Source: Candidatus Saccharimonadota bacterium
Lineage (GTDB): Bacteria > Patescibacteriota > Gracilibacteria > Absconditabacterales > Absconditicoccaceae
Reading direction: 5' to 3'
DNA: 32,000 nucleotides
Assembly: GCA_000503875.1 (NCBI GenBank)
Contig: CP006913.1
Coordinates: 1,110,001 to 1,142,000 of the forward strand
Below the pieces are notes generated by a model. The model made no database searches, was not told where the DNA came from, and was given only the letters and a program-made list of their open reading frames with translations. The stretch's first letter is position 1. Every line of letters starts with the position of its first letter. A program made the translations under genes and the position numbers. Shown in pieces: positions 28,296 through 32,000 of this stretch.

Positions 28296-28859
28296 TTATC
28301 CCAAAAATTCTTCTACTTTTCTTCATTCACTGTTCATAATACGAAGGTAGTTTTTGAGTAATTCAGTAGTAGCATGAACATCAGAAAGTGCTCTATGGGC
28401 GCGGGTATTAGTGATACCAAAATGTTCACATAAAAAACCTAGATTTCTTTTGGGAACTTCAGGAATAAGATGTCTCGCAAGCTTTCTCGTACATAGCGTA
28501 GGATTGGAAAAATAACATCCAAGATGAGTATAACGAGCATAATTTAAGAAGCCCAAATCAAAGGAAATATTGTGAGCGACAAAAATGTCTTCGCCCAAAA
28601 AAGAAATAAATTCAGGTAAGATGTCTTGGATAATTGGTGCATTTTCTACCATTTCATTGTTGATTCCTGTGAGTTTTGTAATGAAGGTAGGAATATGTCT
28701 TTCTGGATTTACCAAACTTTGAAACGTGTCAACAACCTGATTTCCATCAAAACGAACCGCAGCAATTTCGGTAATACTATGCTTATAGGGACTTAATCCC
28801 GTTGTTTCAAGATCGATAATAACGAATGTCATGATATCATAAAAAATAAAGTCAGACAA
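28296..28859 (-). CDS. DEDDh 3'-5' exonuclease (DnaQ / Pol III epsilon-like)
   Basis: FVIIDLETTGL (Exo I), VAHNISFDLGFL (Exo II) and HRALSDVHAT (Exo III). Extended through TGA at 28323-28325 to TAA at 28296-28298. Confidence 0.85.
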
Positions 28860-28899
28860 CTATACAAAAAAAGAGAAGAGATGCAAATCAGACTTTTTT

Positions 28900-28927
28900 T
28901 GTCACAAAGTGTCTACTCATTCGTATA
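28900..28927 (+). promoter_or_regulatory. ECF-sigma-like promoter TGTCAC-N16-CGTATA upstream of the FecR-like gene
   Basis: It has the same two motif blocks as 10111-10149. CGTATA ends ~40 nt upstream of the ATG at 28968. Confidence 0.4.
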
Positions 28928-28967
28928 CAGGAGTAGAATGTTTATTATATTATTGTCATTAATTTAA

Positions 28968-30275
28968 ATGAAACTCCAAGAATATTTTAATCAGAAGAAA
29001 GACCAAGGGTTGTCTGACATTCAAAAAATGGATGTCTATTACGCAATCATGGACAAAAACATGAAGAAATCTTTCCAAAGGAAGAGATCTTTTTTGCATG
29101 TTAAATCTTTTGTATATACATCGTTCTTGTTGTTTTTCTTAGTAGGATTTTATGGAATGTATTTCTTCCAACAAACAAATATAGAAGATAGCGAATGATA
29201 CTTGCTTAGTCGTTTGGCAAACACAAACGTAGCACAAGCAGATTTCGTTGCAAAAATAGTGGATTTTGATGGAAGTTTTTATATAGAACAAGCAGGTAAA
29301 ACAATCCAAACAAGCAACATCAAAGATGGAGATATTGTTACTCTCAGAGAAGACGCACAAATTGTATTTCACATAGATGATGATACAAAAGCAAAGATAG
29401 TTGGACCAGCAAAATTTGTTATAAATAAAAAAGCTCAATGATATAAAGTAGCATTATTGTACGGAGAATATGTAGAATTATCTTCTTTACAAAAAGAAAA
29501 TAAACATAATATTGAACTAGCGGTTGATGGCTTATTGGTTTCTCAATGAGAAAAGAAAAAGCCTATAAATTTCCAAGTAGTAAAACAATGAAAAGGTCAT
29601 GTTATCAAAAATAACTGAGCAAAGTTATTGGTTAGTTCTGATGATCAAAAAGCAACAAGCGTAGGAAACAAACAAGTACTGGCTATCCAATGAAACGATA
29701 TATCATTGTTTGATAGTTTTGAAAAATTTGCCAAAGCAGTAAAAGACAAAAACTTAAGTCAAACATTTACATTTGTTGAAGAAGTTAAAACAGAAATTGT
29801 CGATACAATTGTTTGACAAGAAGAAATCAAAGAGTTAGAAGAAGAAGAAATTCTCAGTATAGATGAACAAGAAATTCCAAATATAGATCTTGGTTTGGTA
29901 AACGATGAACAGAAAATAGCAACACCAGAACAAACAAAAGTTATTGAAGCACAACTAAACAAATCACTTCTTCAAGAAAATTTAGACGAATTAGTTATAG
30001 CATATAAAGCAGCGGATCAAGCTAAATTTGCTACTTCATATACTGAACTAGAAAGAAAAATATCTACAATAGCAAAGACATTCCAATATCAATATACCAT
30101 AGCAAAATGAACAGAACAAGAAAAAATATCAACAATTATTTCTACAATACAAGATTTGTCTGATTATATTGCTAAAAAATATTTGATTCCACCGAAATAT
30201 ATTGATAGTTTAAAAGCTATCATTCCAATACTTTCTCCACTTAAGTCAGTTTCTTTTGAAACAGCAACAGAATAA
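28968..30275 (+). CDS. Single-pass membrane protein with a FecR-like domain (anti-sigma-factor-like), 435 aa
   Basis: It has a short cytoplasmic N-terminus and a TM segment (FVYTSFLLFFLVGFYGMYFF). Then comes AKIVDFDGSFYIEQAGKTIQTSNIKDGDIVTLREDAQIVFHIDDDTKAKIVGPAKFVI, which is FecR-domain-like. An acidic coiled C-terminal half follows. Stitched across about 10 TGA. Confidence 0.55.
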
Positions 30276-30295
30276 TAAATCATAAAATTTTATAT

Positions 30296-30322
30296 AAAGC
30301 TGATGGAAACATCAGTTTTTTT
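30296..30322 (+). terminator. Intrinsic terminator of the FecR-like gene
   Basis: CTGATG-GAAA-CATCAG (GNRA loop) followed by T7. Confidence 0.75.
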
Positions 30323-30377
30323 CTTGCATAACAAACGTTTTTCGATACATTGGTAGCAATGTTTTATTACCTTTTTC

Positions 30378-30710
30378 ATGACAATGCTTATAGCACTAAC
30401 CACGTTTCCCAATGATGGGAGAAAGCTCAAACAGTTAATTCAATGACTCATTAAATCAGGAATAGCTGCCTGTATCCAAAGAATAAACTACGTAAAATCC
30501 TATTATATGCGAGAAGGAAAACTCAAAACAGAAGAAGAGAAAATAGTTCTCATCAAATTTCCCAAAGAAAACAAAGACCAACTTACAGCTTTTCTAAAAA
30601 AGAATCATCCTTACCAGATACCAGAGCTGGTTTTTTTGGCACCAGAGGATGTAGACAAAGTCTACCTGGAACGAGTACAATCCCAGGCAAAAAAACCAGC
30701 AAAGAAATAG
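30378..30710 (+). CDS. cutA: CutA1 divalent-cation tolerance family protein
   Basis: LIALTTFPN...GIAACIQRINYVKSYY..EGKLKTEEEKIVLIKF...NHPYQIPELVF. One TGA joins it to track ORF 30507. Confidence 0.6.
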
Positions 30711-30794
30711 AATATTTCTCAATCACTTATTTGGTTTCAAGAAAGATAATCAAACCATCAGATTTCAATTAATTTAACAATATAAAAAGCTTAT

Positions 30795-32000
30795 ATGAAA
30801 GAAGCTCTCTCAAATATTAAAAAATTTCTAAGCCCTATTTGATATACAAAAGGGCGATGGCGATGATTTCTAACAGCAGAAATGTATGATGCATTTCAAA
30901 GCGTTTTTACTGTACAAGTTTGAGTTTTTATTATAGCAGCAATAGAAACAAAAAATATTGAAAATATAAAGTTTTGGGCAATAATTCTTGTTGTAGTAAA
31001 TATTTTTTCTTATTTTTTTGGATGGGTAGCAGAGATGTGTCGGGAGTCAGCAAATGGTAAGGTAGATATGTGATTAAGAAGAAAATATTTTGAAAAATAC
31101 ATTCATCTAGACAATACAAAAGTTGAAACTATATGAACATGAAAAATGCAGAATATTATTTTTGATGGAATTTCAAATCGAGTATGATTGGTAAATGATC
31201 TTTTTGTAGCTATTCTAGTAGAAATATTAGCCATTATTTATGCGTTTACATTGATAGCAACAAAAAGTCCAAATCGAACATATTTTTTGTGATTTACATT
31301 ATTGTTTATTGTGGCAACATTTTTAATTCGAGTTTGACTATGAATATTACAAAAAACAAGAAAACAAGCAAAAGAAATAAATATGGATCTTGCTCGTAGA
31401 GATATTAAAATTCTTATGTCCAAGTTTGAAATATTACAAAACAATAAACTATCCATAGAGATGGATAAACAAGAAGATCTTATCAACAAAAAAGTAAAAT
31501 TACGACAAAGATGAAATACAAAAAAAATCTTTTGGCAAACACCTGCAAGCGGTATTATGGATGCTATGAAAATTGGAATATATGTTTTTGTTGGTATAGG
31601 AATAGTTACTGGTAATTATACTTTTGCTTATATAATGTTACTTCTTCAACTATTAAATATTGTAAGTAGATATGTCTGGAATATTAGAAAATATCTTAAG
31701 GAATGGTATAAAAGTATTGTTCATATAGACAAATTGTGGGAAACATTTGATTCGATTTCTTCTATGAAAAATACGAAGGATATCAAAAAATTTAGTCCAA
31801 AACATTGAGACATTTTTCTTAAAAATATCAGTTTTTCCTATGAAAAAAATAAAGTCTTCGAAAACTTTAATCTCGAAATTCAAGGCTGAACCAAGACTGC
31901 TTTTGTCTGAGAATCATGATGATGAAAAACAACTTTGATCAAACTATTGGCTGGATATATCAGGCCAGATAAATGAGAAGTGATTGTAGATTGACAAAAA
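30795..32000 (+). CDS. ABC exporter, fused permease/ATPase (MsbA-like), 3'-truncated by the window edge
   Basis: It has an N-terminal six-helix-type TM region, then the start of the NBD: FSYEKNKVFENFNLEIQGGTKTAFVGESGGGKTTLIKLLAGY. The Walker A Gly codons at 31908, 31917, 31920 and 31923 are all TGA. Confidence 0.85.

Noticed and set aside
1-32000. Alternative reading of TGA as Trp (code 4, Mycoplasma-like)
   Set aside because: The TGA positions I could align to invariant motifs (S12, Walker A, LTGGEPL, prepilin G-1, L28) all require Gly, not Trp.

Overview
This AT-rich bacterial chromosome segment is only interpretable under genetic code 25 (UGA = Gly), which points to Gracilibacteria or Absconditabacteria/SR1 in the CPR/Patescibacteria. 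In-frame TGA codons fall on invariant glycines: ribosomal protein S12 (KRGVC, VRGGRVKDLPGVRYH), an ABC Walker A loop (GESGGGKT), a radical-SAM LTGGEPL motif and the prepilin cleavage-site Gly. I therefore stitched almost all ORF-track fragments across TGA. After re-stitching the window is densely coding. It holds a 1192-aa secreted beta-propeller repeat protein, a MoaA-like radical SAM / PemK-like / CYTH gene trio, comEC, a 944-aa SLH-domain S-layer-like protein and a TPR protein. It also holds rpsL-rpsG, rplS, rplY, rpmB, tRNA-Lys(UUU), murB, prmC, dnaX, an m5C RNA methyltransferase, dprA, a type IV pilin, rsmA, rsmH, an ftsL-like gene, an ArsR regulator, truB, a DnaQ-like exonuclease, a FecR-like membrane protein, cutA and a partial ABC exporter. 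The most interesting signal is four solitary PemK/MazF-like toxin genes with no adjacent protein antitoxin. Each has, 60-72 nt past its stop codon, a near-consensus sigma70-type promoter (TTGNNN-N16-TATAAT) pointing back at the gene. Each promoter is followed by one or two hairpins and an intrinsic terminator that abuts or overlaps the toxin stop codon. This predicts four convergent cis-antisense sRNAs of about 60-90 nt, a candidate RNA-antitoxin arrangement for a MazF-fold toxin. Other signals are a 29-nt TTTGTC-N5-TTTGTC box upstream of three toxin-containing units, an ECF-like promoter shared by the S-layer gene and the FecR-like gene, a ~2.3 kb strongly G-depleted gene desert, and a large between-gene difference in UGA-Gly usage.
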